A stretch of DNA of 52,963 bases from Micavibrio sp. (GCA_020718085.1 DYDB01000003.1:6606-59568); one strand, 5' to 3'. Shown: positions 29,261 to 39,149, numbered from the stretch's first letter. Program-made: numbers and translations. Notes: generated by a model not told the origin, from the letters alone.

Positions 29261-30154
29261 TTATGCGATATGGATCAAGAAATCCTCTATGATCAATTGT
29301 TTGTTCACATTCGTATCTTGCAACGAAAAAAGCAACGACTCCGTTCTATCGGCAACTTTCAGAAGATGAAATTTATGTGTATCTATCGCGGCCATGCGAA
29401 TGCGATAGATCCACACACAAAAGAAATCCTGAAGATATTTTTCATCTCTTTTTGATAATTCTGTGGCAAGCTGCATACGTTCACCCATAGTCATACGACT
29501 GAGCGAACGTAATTTTTCTCGTGCATACACAACCGTTTCTCTAAACTCCTCATCGTGTACTAAACGATGAAAATAACCCGGTCGCCCTTGCGCGTCATCA
29601 ATGTGTTGCAAATCTTGCGTCTGAGCAGTTAGATCTCGATCATCTACCAAAGAAAAAGTTATGGTGAAACAGCGTGATATGATTGTATCCAATAGTTGGT
29701 CTGAACGATGCGCAACTAAGACAATGAATCGATTTTTTTGTGGTTCTTCCAATGTTTTGAGCAGAGCATTTTGTGCTGAAATTGTGAGCCGATCGGCATC
29801 ATTCACAATAAGCACCTTTGCCTTTTTGTCTGGTGCAAGCGCAAAAGAACGCCGTGCTTCATTTATTTGATCAATAGAAATATCTTTATATACCACTTTG
29901 TTCTTTTTTTCTTCTCTTATCGGCGCAACGATTGTCATATCGCTATCCATAGTTTCATCTATAGACCAGTCAATATCCTGCGCAGAAACAAGTGCGCGTG
30001 AGAATGCTTGTGCGATCACCATTTTTCCGACATGTTCCGGTCCACAAAACAAAAAACCATGGTGTAACTTCTTGCCACATAAAAATTTACTTAGCAAATT
30101 TTTTTGTTTATGGTGTCCGACAATCTCTTTCATCACACTGCGTATTATTATCAA
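29261..30154 (-). CDS. holB: DNA polymerase III delta' subunit
   Basis: IVGH, FLFCGPEHVGK, ISIDQI, AQNALLKTLEEP, TIISRC; likely start 30133. Confidence 0.88.
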   Translation of the reverse strand: MIIIRSVMKEIVGHHKQKNLLSKFLCGKKLHHGFLFCGPEHVGKMVIAQAFSRALVSAQDIDWSIDETMDSDMTIVAPIREEKKNKVVYKDISIDQINEARRSFALAPDKKAKVLIVNDADRLTISAQNALLKTLEEPQKNRFIVLVAHRSDQLLDTIISRCFTITFSLVDDRDLTAQTQDLQHIDDAQGRPGYFHRLVHDEEFRETVVYAREKLRSLSRMTMGERMQLATELSKRDEKYLQDFFCVWIYRIRMAAIDTHKFHLLKVADRTESLLFSLQDTNVNKQLIIEDFLIHIA

Positions 30155-31292
30155 TTATTTTTTGCAACGAACCGCAGAATATATCACGAGAAAATTGCTG
30201 TGCTTTTTTTTGCATTGTAGCAGGATCATACTGACCTTCTTTTTCCAAAAATCGCCTCATACCATCTGCCATCATTTCTACAGTCGGCGCGTCAAATAAT
30301 TCTCCCGTCACACCATTCTCTACGATTTCCTTTGCACCACCCCTATTTAGTGCAACGACCGGTATGCCGGCAGACAATGCTTCCACACATACAATACCAA
30401 AATCATCCTCCACAGGAAAAAGCATCGCACGCGCACCGGATATATATGACCATTTTTTTTCTTCATCAACCCACCCCATCATCTGTATTGTCGGACCGGC
30501 AAGTTTTTCCAAGTTTTTTTTCTCATCACCCTCTCCGATCACAATAAGCGGTAATTGTAATTTATTGCACGTCTCTATTGCAAGCGCCACATTTTTATAG
30601 CATGACAAGCGCGAAATGATCAAAAAATATTTTTCACCATCTTTTTTATCCTGTCCCCCTTTCTCCTGTTTTGCATATGCTGTCGGAGATACACCCGGAT
30701 AGATCACTTCGGCATTGCGACGATAATACTTCTCGATACGTTGCCTTGTATAGACAGAATTTGCCACAAGTGCATCCGGACGTTGTGCTGCCTGATGATC
30801 CCACACGCGCAAATATGACAGAAAGAGTCGTGCGCAAAAACCATTTTTTTGCTGTATGATCCTCTGCAAGTAATGTTCATTCTCATCCCACACATATCGC
30901 ATGGGTGAGTGTATATAGGCAATGTGCTTGGTATGCAGCCGTGTCACGATGCCCTTGCTCCATGCACCGGAACTGGAAATGATCACATCATAATCACGCA
31001 GATCAAATGTTTCCACGGCAGTGCCATAGAAAGGCAACAGCCACCGATGATGTGTGCGAATCCACCGCGGCCACTTCTGCAAAAAGCTGGTGCGCACTCT
31101 CTTTGCGGGAAAGAGATGAGACATGTTTTTTTCATCGTACAAAAGTGTGTAGATCGGCGCATCTGGAAACATCTCTGCAATGTCAGAAAGCACCTTTTCT
31201 GCACCCCCAAAATACAAAAGAAAATCGTGCACGATGGCAATCTTCCTCTGTGTTGGACATTGACTTTTTTCATTTTTTATGCTATAATTCAC
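30108..31292 (-). CDS. GT4 (GT-B) glycosyltransferase
   Basis: IAIVHDFL..GGAEKV, HSPMRY.W, EDDFGIVCVEALSAG (E-x7-E). Confidence 0.9.
   Translation of the reverse strand: MNYSIKNEKSQCPTQRKIAIVHDFLLYFGGAEKVLSDIAEMFPDAPIYTLLYDEKNMSHLFPAKRVRTSFLQKWPRWIRTHHRWLLPFYGTAVETFDLRDYDVIISSSGAWSKGIVTRLHTKHIAYIHSPMRYVWDENEHYLQRIIQQKNGFCARLFLSYLRVWDHQAAQRPDALVANSVYTRQRIEKYYRRNAEVIYPGVSPTAYAKQEKGGQDKKDGEKYFLIISRLSCYKNVALAIETCNKLQLPLIVIGEGDEKKNLEKLAGPTIQMMGWVDEEKKWSYISGARAMLFPVEDDFGIVCVEALSAGIPVVALNRGGAKEIVENGVTGELFDAPTVEMMADGMRRFLEKEGQYDPATMQKKAQQFSRDIFCGSLQKIIDNNTQCDERDCRTP
31260..31288 (+). promoter_or_regulatory. sigma70 promoter for 31360..31743
   Basis: TTGACT-17 nt-TATAAT with TG extension; overlaps the annotated 5' end of the GT4 ORF. 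Confidence 0.7.
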
Positions 31293-31359
31293 AATCAGTA
31301 TTTGGATATGTATTTATAATTGTTATTTTACCATCATTGAACCAAAGGAGGCAACACAA

Positions 31360-31743
31360 ATGCCGGAAAAAAATGGGTTTTTTACAAAAAAAGGAGCGCT
31401 TATGTTAAGCGTTTTCGCACTCGCACTTGCAGGTCTACTGCTTGTTGCGGGGTGGAATCACGTTCAATCTTATACTGGTGAGCGTCATACACCACTCACA
31501 TTTCAAGAGTGTCGACCTCTCCACGAAGGAATCACTTTTCAAGAAAAGTCGATCCACGTACAGAAGAAGGTTGCATTCTGCAACCCGGTTGTGGAGAACG
31601 AAAAAATCCCAGAGCATGTTGTGATCGATCTCGGAAACGGACAATTCGTTTCTCCGAGCGAGGAAACCGCAACAACCGCCATCTTTCCCGTCACATTTAA
31701 TTATGTGGCAGACAAGGAATGGCACGTGATTGCCAAAAAGTAG
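31360..31743 (+). CDS. Hypothetical membrane-anchored/exported protein
   Basis: AAAGGAGG SD, N-terminal TM, own promoter and terminator. Confidence 0.7.
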   Translation: MPEKNGFFTKKGALMLSVFALALAGLLLVAGWNHVQSYTGERHTPLTFQECRPLHEGITFQEKSIHVQKKVAFCNPVVENEKIPEHVVIDLGNGQFVSPSEETATTAIFPVTFNYVADKEWHVIAKK

Positions 31744-31750
31744 CCTCTGC

Positions 31751-31790
31751 AAAAGTCGCCCCTAGATCAACTGATCTGAGAGCGACTTTT
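31751..31790 (+). terminator. Intrinsic terminator
   Basis: AAAAGTCGC...GCGACTTTT plus CTTTTT tail. Confidence 0.75.
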
Positions 31791-31817
31791 CTTTTTCACG
31801 AGAATTTATACCTTTGC

Positions 31818-31845
31818 TGTCATTCCCGTGAAAACGGGAATCCAG
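31818..31845. repeat. REP/dRS3-like palindrome
   Basis: TGTC-ATTCCC-GTGAAAAC-GGGAAT-CCAG matches the ATTCCC-N8-GGGAAT pattern. Confidence 0.65.
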
Positions 31846-31886
31846 TTAATAATATGAGGTCTATTATGCAAGATATCTAAACTCTC

Positions 31887-32993
31887 TTATTTATAAAGCA
31901 ACATCTTCGTCACCAATCGTGCACATCTCTCCCATGTGAATCTCTTGATATTTTCATAGCCATGCGCAATCGCCGACTCGCGCACGTTCTGATCCACAAG
32001 CAGTGCATGTGTTTTTTCTGCAATATCCGCAGCACTGAGCGGCTCCACAAGAAGTGCGCTGTCTCGCGCAATTTCTCGCAATGATGAATTGTTGGATGTA
32101 ACGACTGGCACACCCACCTGTTGCGCTTCCAAGATCGGCAAACCAAATCCTTCATAGAGCGTAGGGAAAACAAAAACCGACGCATTGCGCAACAGCGCCC
32201 ATTTTTCCTCGACGCTCACAAATCCCGTGAGAATGATATCATTTTTGAATGGGTGTTGCGCAATCTCCTCTTGAATTTTTTCAAAGCCAAATCCTCCCTT
32301 ACCCACCAAAACCAATCTGTGCGGAATGAGAAAATGTCTGCGCAAAATTTCATATGCTTTGAGAATTTGTACAATATTTTTACGTTCTTCCAATCGTCCG
32401 ATAAAAGTGATATAGCCGTTTTTTTGAAGATGATACTTATGTAGCACGTGTGATGTGACATCCAACTGCTCCGGCGGTGCCACATTCATGCCTTCATACA
32501 CGACACGCACTTTCTCCTTTTTGATATGATACAGGCGCAATAGATCACGTTTTGTATTATTGGACACACACACAATATTGCGCGCCCATTTGCAAGAATT
32601 TTTAATTCCCCTGCGCATGGAAACTTGTTCATAGCGAGAATACGCATCAGGACTCATTTCAAATTCCAGTCCGTGCACGACAACCGTCGTTTTCTTTGGG
32701 TGAATTGGCGGTGCAATATGTCCGGGCACCAGTAGATGTGTAGGCCGGTGGACCAACATTGCCAATGACAGACGTATGTATGTCCACAAACGAGGTGACC
32801 AAAGTTCTTTCACACGCCATTCCTTCGGGAGAGAAAAATCAATATTTTCTCGTGTGCCCCGACGCAAATAGAGCGTCACATGTTCTTTTCCCAAGGGTGT
32901 GCGCAAATATTTGATAAGTTGATAAGAATATTCCTCTATGCCGGTTCGTTCATGAAGAAACGCCCGTGATGCATCTATCGCTATTTTATTCAT
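31887..32993 (-). CDS. GT4 (GT-B) glycosyltransferase
   Basis: IAIDAS..RTGIEEY, GRLEERKN, FPTLYEGFGLPILEA. Confidence 0.92.
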   Translation of the reverse strand: MNKIAIDASRAFLHERTGIEEYSYQLIKYLRTPLGKEHVTLYLRRGTRENIDFSLPKEWRVKELWSPRLWTYIRLSLAMLVHRPTHLLVPGHIAPPIHPKKTTVVVHGLEFEMSPDAYSRYEQVSMRRGIKNSCKWARNIVCVSNNTKRDLLRLYHIKKEKVRVVYEGMNVAPPEQLDVTSHVLHKYHLQKNGYITFIGRLEERKNIVQILKAYEILRRHFLIPHRLVLVGKGGFGFEKIQEEIAQHPFKNDIILTGFVSVEEKWALLRNASVFVFPTLYEGFGLPILEAQQVGVPVVTSNNSSLREIARDSALLVEPLSAADIAEKTHALLVDQNVRESAIAHGYENIKRFTWERCARLVTKMLLYK

Positions 32994-33078
32994 AAATCCA
33001 AAATGGATAATAAGTTGTTAGTAAAAAGTCATGAGCAGAGGTCTAATATAATCGTTTTAAGAAATGATATTTGGTATT

Positions 33079-33156
33079 AATTTTCAATTCACAATTTTCA
33101 ATCAATGTTTCAAATTCACAATTTTAAAACATTGCATAATTGAAACATTGAAAATT
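33079..33156. repeat. AT-rich short-repeat/inverted-repeat patch (AATTTTCAA units)
   Basis: AATTTTCAAT and AATTCACAATTTT direct repeats; CAATGTTTCAA/TTGAAACATTG inverted pair downstream of mreB. Confidence 0.55.
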
Positions 33157-33170
33157 ATTTATCACATAAA

Positions 33171-34187
33171 CTACCTCTTTGTCGCCAGAATTGTCTTCTT
33201 ATAAATATCCAAATTATCCAGAACTTTACCTGTACCACGCACAACACAACGAAGCGGATCATCTGCCACGTAGCATGGCACACCGATTGTTTTTGTGATC
33301 AGTTGATCCAAATTTTTAAGAAGCGCTCCACCACCGGAAAGCACCGTTCCCTTGTCCATAATATCAGCAGAAAGCTCCGGTGGTGTGTCTTGCAATACTT
33401 TTTTTACCGCGTTGATCACTTCACGAAGTTCATCTTGCAATGCTTCTGTCACTTCATTGGATGAGATAGTGATCGTTTTTGGCAAACCGCCCATGAGATC
33501 ACGTCCACGAATGTCCATACGATCTTCTTTCACTTGCGCAATTGCACTTCCAATTTGAATTTTAATTTCTTCCGCCATTTGCTCTCCGATCGCCAGTGAA
33601 TACTTCCTCTTGATATAATCAGAGATCGCCTGATCGAATTTATTTCCGCCCACACGCGCACTATGCGATGCCACCACACCACCCAATGAGATCACAGCGA
33701 TTTCACTTGTGCCACCACCAATGTTGATGATCATGTTGCCTTGTGCCGTATGTATTTTGATCCCTGCACCGATCATCGCAAGGATCGGCTCTTTCACCAC
33801 ATATGCTCTCTTGGCACCGGCTTTTTCCGCCGCATCCACAACTGCACGTCGCTCTGTAGACGTAATACCCGCGGGAATTGAGATCATCACTTCCGGTCGC
33901 ACAAGAAAAAATCGCCCCGTGACCTTCTTGATAAAATATTTGAGCATGGCCTCTGTTACACGATAATCCGCAATCACCCCGTCCCGAAGAGGTTTGTATG
34001 CGGTGATCGTATCTGGCGTGCGTCCCAACATTTCCTTTGCCTCATTACCCACTGCCAAAACTTTGTTATCGATCATTGATACAGCAACCACTGACGGTTC
34101 ATCTACCACCACACCGCGCTTCGGCACAAAAACAAGCGTATTCGCCGTTCCCAGGTCAATCCCAATTTTTCGTACGATCATGCTCAT
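33171..34187 (-). CDS. mreB: Rod shape-determining actin-like protein
   Basis: IGIDLGTANT, EPSVVA, PLRDGVIAD, IGGGTSE, TPPELSADI, GGGALL. Confidence 0.96.
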   Translation of the reverse strand: MSMIVRKIGIDLGTANTLVFVPKRGVVVDEPSVVAVSMIDNKVLAVGNEAKEMLGRTPDTITAYKPLRDGVIADYRVTEAMLKYFIKKVTGRFFLVRPEVMISIPAGITSTERRAVVDAAEKAGAKRAYVVKEPILAMIGAGIKIHTAQGNMIINIGGGTSEIAVISLGGVVASHSARVGGNKFDQAISDYIKRKYSLAIGEQMAEEIKIQIGSAIAQVKEDRMDIRGRDLMGGLPKTITISSNEVTEALQDELREVINAVKKVLQDTPPELSADIMDKGTVLSGGGALLKNLDQLITKTIGVPCYVADDPLRCVVRGTGKVLDNLDIYKKTILATKR

Positions 34188-34194
34188 ATGTATA

Positions 34195-34989
34195 TTATTT
34201 ACTGGTCACTCTGTACATTCCATTATCCAACGTTTTTTTCTTTCTGTCCATGATCCTCTGATATTTTGCCCAAAATGCAGCATCCATTTCTTCTGCACTC
34301 ACACCCAAACTGATAAAATTTCCGATTACCAGATTAAGAAGGTCAATATTTTCCTCAATGACCTCTTGACGCGATTTGCCCTTGGTGATCGCCTGTGCCA
34401 ATTCTCCCAATTCTTCGATCATGAGATTCAGACGAAACATCATATCCTCATTATTTGTATTCTTCATGTCAAACTTATCATGAAATTTTTGGATCGCATC
34501 ATAATATGTATTCATTTTTTGTCCATTTTCTTGACGCAGATCTATATAACGACCGCAACAATAATTTTCAATCGGCTCTCGTGTTGTTTGTGTTGTTTTT
34601 TTGGGCAACGCCTCCAGTGCAAACCATGCGATCTCATCACACTTATCCGGCTCCATATTTGTTGGTGTACCGGAAATAATATGTGCGATAAAATTAAACG
34701 ACGCCCAATGTTGATTTTCTTTCGGCAAGATGTGATCTGTATGGGGTAAATACCCCACGATATTGATTTCAATATTGAGCTCCTCTTTGATCTCACGTTT
34801 CATCGCGTCGATTGCACCCTCACCATACTTCACACCGCCTCCAGGCTTAGACCACCAGCCAGATTCATTACGCACATTTTTACCGCGCTTCATGAGAAGT
34901 GCCTCATTCTTTTCATTGAGAATGAGCACACCACCACCAACACCGATATAGTCCACCGCTTTTTTACATACACATTTTTTCATATACAC
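34195..34989 (-). CDS. NUDIX hydrolase fused to MazG-like NTP pyrophosphohydrolase
   Basis: Nudix box GGGVKYGEGAIDAMKREIKEELN and MEPDKC; C-terminal IEELGELAQAI...EENIDLL (MazG EExxE..ExxD). Confidence 0.8.
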   Translation of the reverse strand: MYMKKCVCKKAVDYIGVGGGVLILNEKNEALLMKRGKNVRNESGWWSKPGGGVKYGEGAIDAMKREIKEELNIEINIVGYLPHTDHILPKENQHWASFNFIAHIISGTPTNMEPDKCDEIAWFALEALPKKTTQTTREPIENYCCGRYIDLRQENGQKMNTYYDAIQKFHDKFDMKNTNNEDMMFRLNLMIEELGELAQAITKGKSRQEVIEENIDLLNLVIGNFISLGVSAEEMDAAFWAKYQRIMDRKKKTLDNGMYRVTSK

Positions 34990-34997
34990 CTATACCA

Positions 34998-35618
34998 TTA
35001 GGACTTAACTGATATTTTTTTACATTCCCTATCGATCTCTTCTTTTACAAAACGTAAAAATATATCTAATTTTGTATCATGACACTGAAAGACGGCATCG
35101 TCCGCCCATGCGTGTATTTTCTCACAAATGCCATCCTCGACCCACTCCCTTTTTTCCCAGTTCTGTGCACCGAGATCTATGCGCTGGATCATTACTTCGA
35201 TCTTATCCAATGCATAGGCAAATCGCGCCTCATCTGTTTTGCGATCACGATATTCCACCCACATCTCTTTCAATTCTTCCTGTGATCTTTCCGGCAAAAT
35301 ACCGTAGAGATCATCTGCAGCATCTTTCTCTTGTTTGTTTTTTATTGCATGCACATTTCCATCATCATGAATATTCCAGTGATCATCTGCAATAATTTCT
35401 ACAATATCATGCACAAGAATGATCTCCAAAACTCGCGTGAGATCCACCGCCAACTCAAATTCTCGACACAAAACCATTGCCAACAAAGCCGTTCTCCACG
35501 TATGTTCCGCGGGACTTTCTTTTCTGGAATTATCACTTATGGACACCTGTCTCTGTATGGTCTTAAGTTTTTCCATGGCATGCACAAATGTCAATATTTT
35601 CTGCAAACGATCTTGCAT
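34998..35618 (-). CDS. HD-domain phosphohydrolase (YfbR/HDDC2-like)
   Basis: LKTIQR, ESPAEHTW, LVHDIVE, LDKIE. Confidence 0.85.
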   Translation of the reverse strand: MQDRLQKILTFVHAMEKLKTIQRQVSISDNSRKESPAEHTWRTALLAMVLCREFELAVDLTRVLEIILVHDIVEIIADDHWNIHDDGNVHAIKNKQEKDAADDLYGILPERSQEELKEMWVEYRDRKTDEARFAYALDKIEVMIQRIDLGAQNWEKREWVEDGICEKIHAWADDAVFQCHDTKLDIFLRFVKEEIDRECKKISVKS

Positions 35619-35644
35619 GTGTTAAAAAAGTGAAAATAAAATAA

Positions 35645-36949
35645 TTATTCCTCCACCAACGTGATATCCGCACCAATACTACGTAGTCTCTCTTGCAAAT
35701 TTTCATACCCACGATTGATGGAATATACATCTCGTAAAATTGATTTTCCTTTTGCGCCAAGCATCGCAACAAGCATGATCGCTGCCGGTCGAAGTGCCGG
35801 TGGTGATGTCAGATCGGCTCCATGAAATTTTGTCGGACCAGTGATCTCCACGCGATGCGAGTCGATCAATGTTGTTTGCCCGCCGAGACGATTGAGTTCT
35901 GTAAAATATACTGCTCGGTTTTCATAAACCCAATCGTGAATGAGCGTCTTACCTTTTGCCATCATCGCAATTGGCACAAAAAACGGCAGATTATCCATAT
36001 TGAGTCCAGGAAAAGGCAATGCATGAATTTTATCTTGCAAAGCTGTAAGTTTTGAAGGGATCATTTTAATATCAACAAGCTGCGTGCGTTTATTATATGA
36101 TCTGTATTTTTTTATTATTTCATATTGTTGACCCATCTTTTCCAATTTGAGAAGTTCCAATTCCAAAAACTCGATCGGACATCGTTTTACAGTCAATTCA
36201 CTCTTTGTTGTAATTGCAAGTGAGAGAAAGAACATTGCCTCGATTGGATCTTCACTGATCGTATACTCCACTTTTTTCTTGAAATTTTTCTTGCCATATA
36301 CTTCAAGTGTTGTTGTACCGATCCCATTGATCTTCACACCAAGCTCTTCCAAGAAAAAACACAGGTCTTGCACCATATAGTTTGATGTTGCCATTTTGAT
36401 CGTTGTCTTCCCCGGAATCTGTGCCGCTGCCATGATCGCTGTTTCTGTCACCGTATCTCCAGATTCATAGAGCACGTTACTTTCCACCGGATGTAATGCA
36501 TCAATTTTGATCTCAAATCCGCATTTTTGCGGTGTGATCACAATACCGTATTTTTCCAGCGCAAAAAGATGCGGACGAATCGTTCGCGCACCAAGTTTAC
36601 ATCCGCCAGCCTGTGGAATAAAATATTTTTTATGTTGACCGGAAAGTGCACTGATGAGCATGATCGCGCTACGCGTTCTCTCGGCAGCTTGTATATCGAT
36701 CGTATCCGGTGTGATTTTTTTTGCCGGTGTCAGTGTCAACGTTGCACCGCTTTTTTCCACATGCATCCCAATACTTGTCAGCACTTCTATCCAACGATTC
36801 ACCTCCTCGATCTGTGGCACATTATGTAAGATCGTCACATCTTGATTGATCACCGAAGCGGCCAGCAATGCCACTGCGGCATTTTTTGATCCATTTACAC
36901 TGATCGTTCCTTTTAGTTTTTTACCGCCGGTTATGTCAAAATATTGCAT
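35645..36949 (-). CDS. murA: UDP-N-acetylglucosamine 1-carboxyvinyltransferase
   Basis: GSKNAA, GGCKLGAR (active-site Cys loop), DPIEA, PFPG, YENR, INRGYE. Confidence 0.93.
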   Translation of the reverse strand: MQYFDITGGKKLKGTISVNGSKNAAVALLAASVINQDVTILHNVPQIEEVNRWIEVLTSIGMHVEKSGATLTLTPAKKITPDTIDIQAAERTRSAIMLISALSGQHKKYFIPQAGGCKLGARTIRPHLFALEKYGIVITPQKCGFEIKIDALHPVESNVLYESGDTVTETAIMAAAQIPGKTTIKMATSNYMVQDLCFFLEELGVKINGIGTTTLEVYGKKNFKKKVEYTISEDPIEAMFFLSLAITTKSELTVKRCPIEFLELELLKLEKMGQQYEIIKKYRSYNKRTQLVDIKMIPSKLTALQDKIHALPFPGLNMDNLPFFVPIAMMAKGKTLIHDWVYENRAVYFTELNRLGGQTTLIDSHRVEITGPTKFHGADLTSPPALRPAAIMLVAMLGAKGKSILRDVYSINRGYENLQERLRSIGADITLVEE

Positions 36950-37021
36950 AAAAATATCAAAATGATTACCCCTCTCATCTTCGTCAAGTATAGGGGAAAC
37001 AGCTATTTTTCACAAGATAAA

Positions 37022-37056
37022 AAGCCATAGGTGAATTATTATTCTCCATATGGCTT
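37022..37056 (-). terminator. Terminator-like hairpin upstream of murA
   Basis: AAGCCATA...TATGGCTT stem followed by TT on minus strand. Confidence 0.55.
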
Positions 37057-37252
37057 GGTTTATATTATTTCGCTACAGAATGCCCTCCGTAAACGAATAG
37101 ATGCAAAGAAATTAACATCTTTATGTTTTACATTACAACATTGTGTAATGATCTCATATTCACTTTTTAATGAACAAAAAATCGGGTTTGAGTTGTAAAA
37201 ACTCACCCGACTCGACTTCTTGTGGCTGTGCGTAAAAGCACATCACCTCATA

Positions 37253-37281
37253 AGTATAGCACAAAAATACGCCTGCGTCAA
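37253..37281 (-). promoter_or_regulatory. sigma70 promoter of an apparently non-coding structured transcript
   Basis: TTGACG-17 nt-TATACT with TG extension. Confidence 0.6.
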
Positions 37282-37323
37282 TCTATTTATTCGCAATTAC
37301 CGAAGATCTTATTACGTTTAATA

Positions 37324-37779
37324 TCACGAACCTGTTTGTTTACATTCAAAAGTCCACGCGTTACTTGCCATATTTTTTAGACCACCATCGGAGACTTTAA
37401 GTGTTGCCGAAGAATTTTGAAAGACATTATTGATGATAAATGTGATCATCACGAACCCTGTCAAAACGATCACTACACCGATGATCGTATTTTTCAATGC
37501 GGATTTTGCCAAAGATGTCATCGCCGTATTTCCAGCAGAAACCATGTAAAAAATACCAGCAATCACAATGACCACAACGCCTGTGATCGCAATGATCTCA
37601 ACAATGAATTTGATGATACCGTGAATACCCTTTACGAGATCGCAAATAGTGCATGCTCCTGATACATTGGATGTTCGTCCACACGGCACGAGAGGATCCC
37701 TATCAGCTGCAAAACAAACCGGGGCTGTGACCAATATGCCACATACAAGTGTAAATAAAAATGTTCTCCAAAATTTCAT
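37324..37779 (-). CDS. CPR-type pilin (VirB2/TrbC-like)
   Basis: Signal peptide, LVPCG..CTICDL, two hydrophobic helices around GIFYMVSAGN...AKSAL.N.IIG. Confidence 0.8.
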   Translation of the reverse strand: MKFWRTFLFTLVCGILVTAPVCFAADRDPLVPCGRTSNVSGACTICDLVKGIHGIIKFIVEIIAITGVVVIVIAGIFYMVSAGNTAMTSLAKSALKNTIIGVVIVLTGFVMITFIINNVFQNSSATLKVSDGGLKNMASNAWTFECKQTGS

Positions 37780-37796
37780 AATTTCATTTTAACATG

Positions 37797-39083
37797 TTAT
37801 AAACGATCTTTATAATTTTCCGCCCAATATTTTACTTTATTGCCATACTGCTTGCATACGGAGCGATCAAGGTTTGATCCACAATAATATCGACGCGCTG
37901 CATCGTACTCTCCTTTTTCGCTTGATGCGCCATCATTGGAAAGCTTGATCGCCATGGCCATGACACCATCAGTGAGACTCCACGGATCTGCCGGGCTGTG
38001 ACCAGTATATTTTTCAATTTTGGATTCATAGCCAACCCATGTTGTCGGCATGAACTGCGCCACGCCCATTGCGCCACCAATGCCATAACTTAATGCACAC
38101 GACACCTTAACTTTTTTATAATCATAATCCAAATCCTCACAAATACGTTTGAAGATCTCTGAATTTTTATCTCCCATCTTGCTTTGCTTATATGTACATC
38201 CACCTGTAAACCGACCAAGATCTGTTTCCACAACGAGCATGCCGAGAATGAAACTTTTGCGCACGCCGGTTTTTTTACTTGCAAACGATGCCGCTTCCAC
38301 AATGTCATCTGTGTCAAACGACTCGCCCAACAAAGAAGATAATTTTGATTCTACTGCAGAAAGTTTTGCGTTCAATTCCGATAGAGTTGCGTCCACTTTT
38401 ACGATCTCCGTTTGTACAGCGGCAGACTGTGCCAAAAGATCAGATTCTTTTTCTTTATGCTCTTCCAACAGAGCTTCTTTTTCATCTTTCAGTGACGCCA
38501 GTTCATTTCTTTTTTGTTCTTGTGCATCTTTTGCTGACTGCACCTGCTGTACCATTTCCACGATCTTCTCTCGCATTGCACCAAGATCATCCGTTTTTTC
38601 CATGAACCGATTTGCCCCATCCGCGTTTTCGATCACCGAAGAGAACAATCGCCCGTTTTGCGCATAATATATACTGCGCATTGCCTCAGAAAGAGATCTT
38701 TGGTAAAGGATAACTTGCCCATTCAACGTTTGGATCTGGGCATCATGGCGTTCGATATCTGCTTCTTTTTTCTCAATATCATTCATGACATCATCGATCG
38801 TCCTTTTTGTTGCACCGAGAGTTTGTTGCACCACATTCAAATTGCCTTGCAACGATGATTTCTGCGATTCGATCTTTTTTACTTTTTTTTCGATCTCATC
38901 TTGTTTGTCTTCCAGATCGTCTTTTTTGTCGTCAATTTCCTTTTGTTCTTCCGGTGTCAATTCTGTCGTTGCATCTTCCGCATAAACAAAACAGCCCACA
39001 GAAAACATCACTAGACTGCACCCTATAATACTTGCCAATTGCACAAAAATTTTACGTATTTTTTGTTTTTTCATAACACACAT
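37797..39083 (-). CDS. Secreted coiled-coil (PcsB-like) lytic murein transglycosylase
   Basis: Signal peptide, long coiled coil, LVVETDLG (catalytic Glu), GAMGVAQFMPTTW, ADPW, AARRYY. Confidence 0.85.
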   Translation of the reverse strand: MCVMKKQKIRKIFVQLASIIGCSLVMFSVGCFVYAEDATTELTPEEQKEIDDKKDDLEDKQDEIEKKVKKIESQKSSLQGNLNVVQQTLGATKRTIDDVMNDIEKKEADIERHDAQIQTLNGQVILYQRSLSEAMRSIYYAQNGRLFSSVIENADGANRFMEKTDDLGAMREKIVEMVQQVQSAKDAQEQKRNELASLKDEKEALLEEHKEKESDLLAQSAAVQTEIVKVDATLSELNAKLSAVESKLSSLLGESFDTDDIVEAASFASKKTGVRKSFILGMLVVETDLGRFTGGCTYKQSKMGDKNSEIFKRICEDLDYDYKKVKVSCALSYGIGGAMGVAQFMPTTWVGYESKIEKYTGHSPADPWSLTDGVMAMAIKLSNDGASSEKGEYDAARRYYCGSNLDRSVCKQYGNKVKYWAENYKDRL

Positions 39084-39107
39084 ATCATATCACAAATCCA
39101 CAGACAA

Positions 39108-39135
39108 AAAAACCGACTATCACTAGCCGGTTTTT
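39108..39135 (-). terminator. Intrinsic terminator after rplY
   Basis: AAAAACCG.CTA..TAG.CGGTTTTT hairpin with long A run on the plus strand. Confidence 0.7.
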
Positions 39136-39149
39136 ATGAATTTCACATG

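Noticed and set aside
31230-31292. Possible frameshift at the GT4 5' end (ATG at 31273 is out of frame)
   Set aside because: An in-frame GTG at 31292 gives an intact protein; a frameshift cannot be supported without reads.
34195-35618. MazZ/DatZ-type 2-aminoadenine pathway
   Set aside because: No purZ and no phage context; HD and MazG domains are common.
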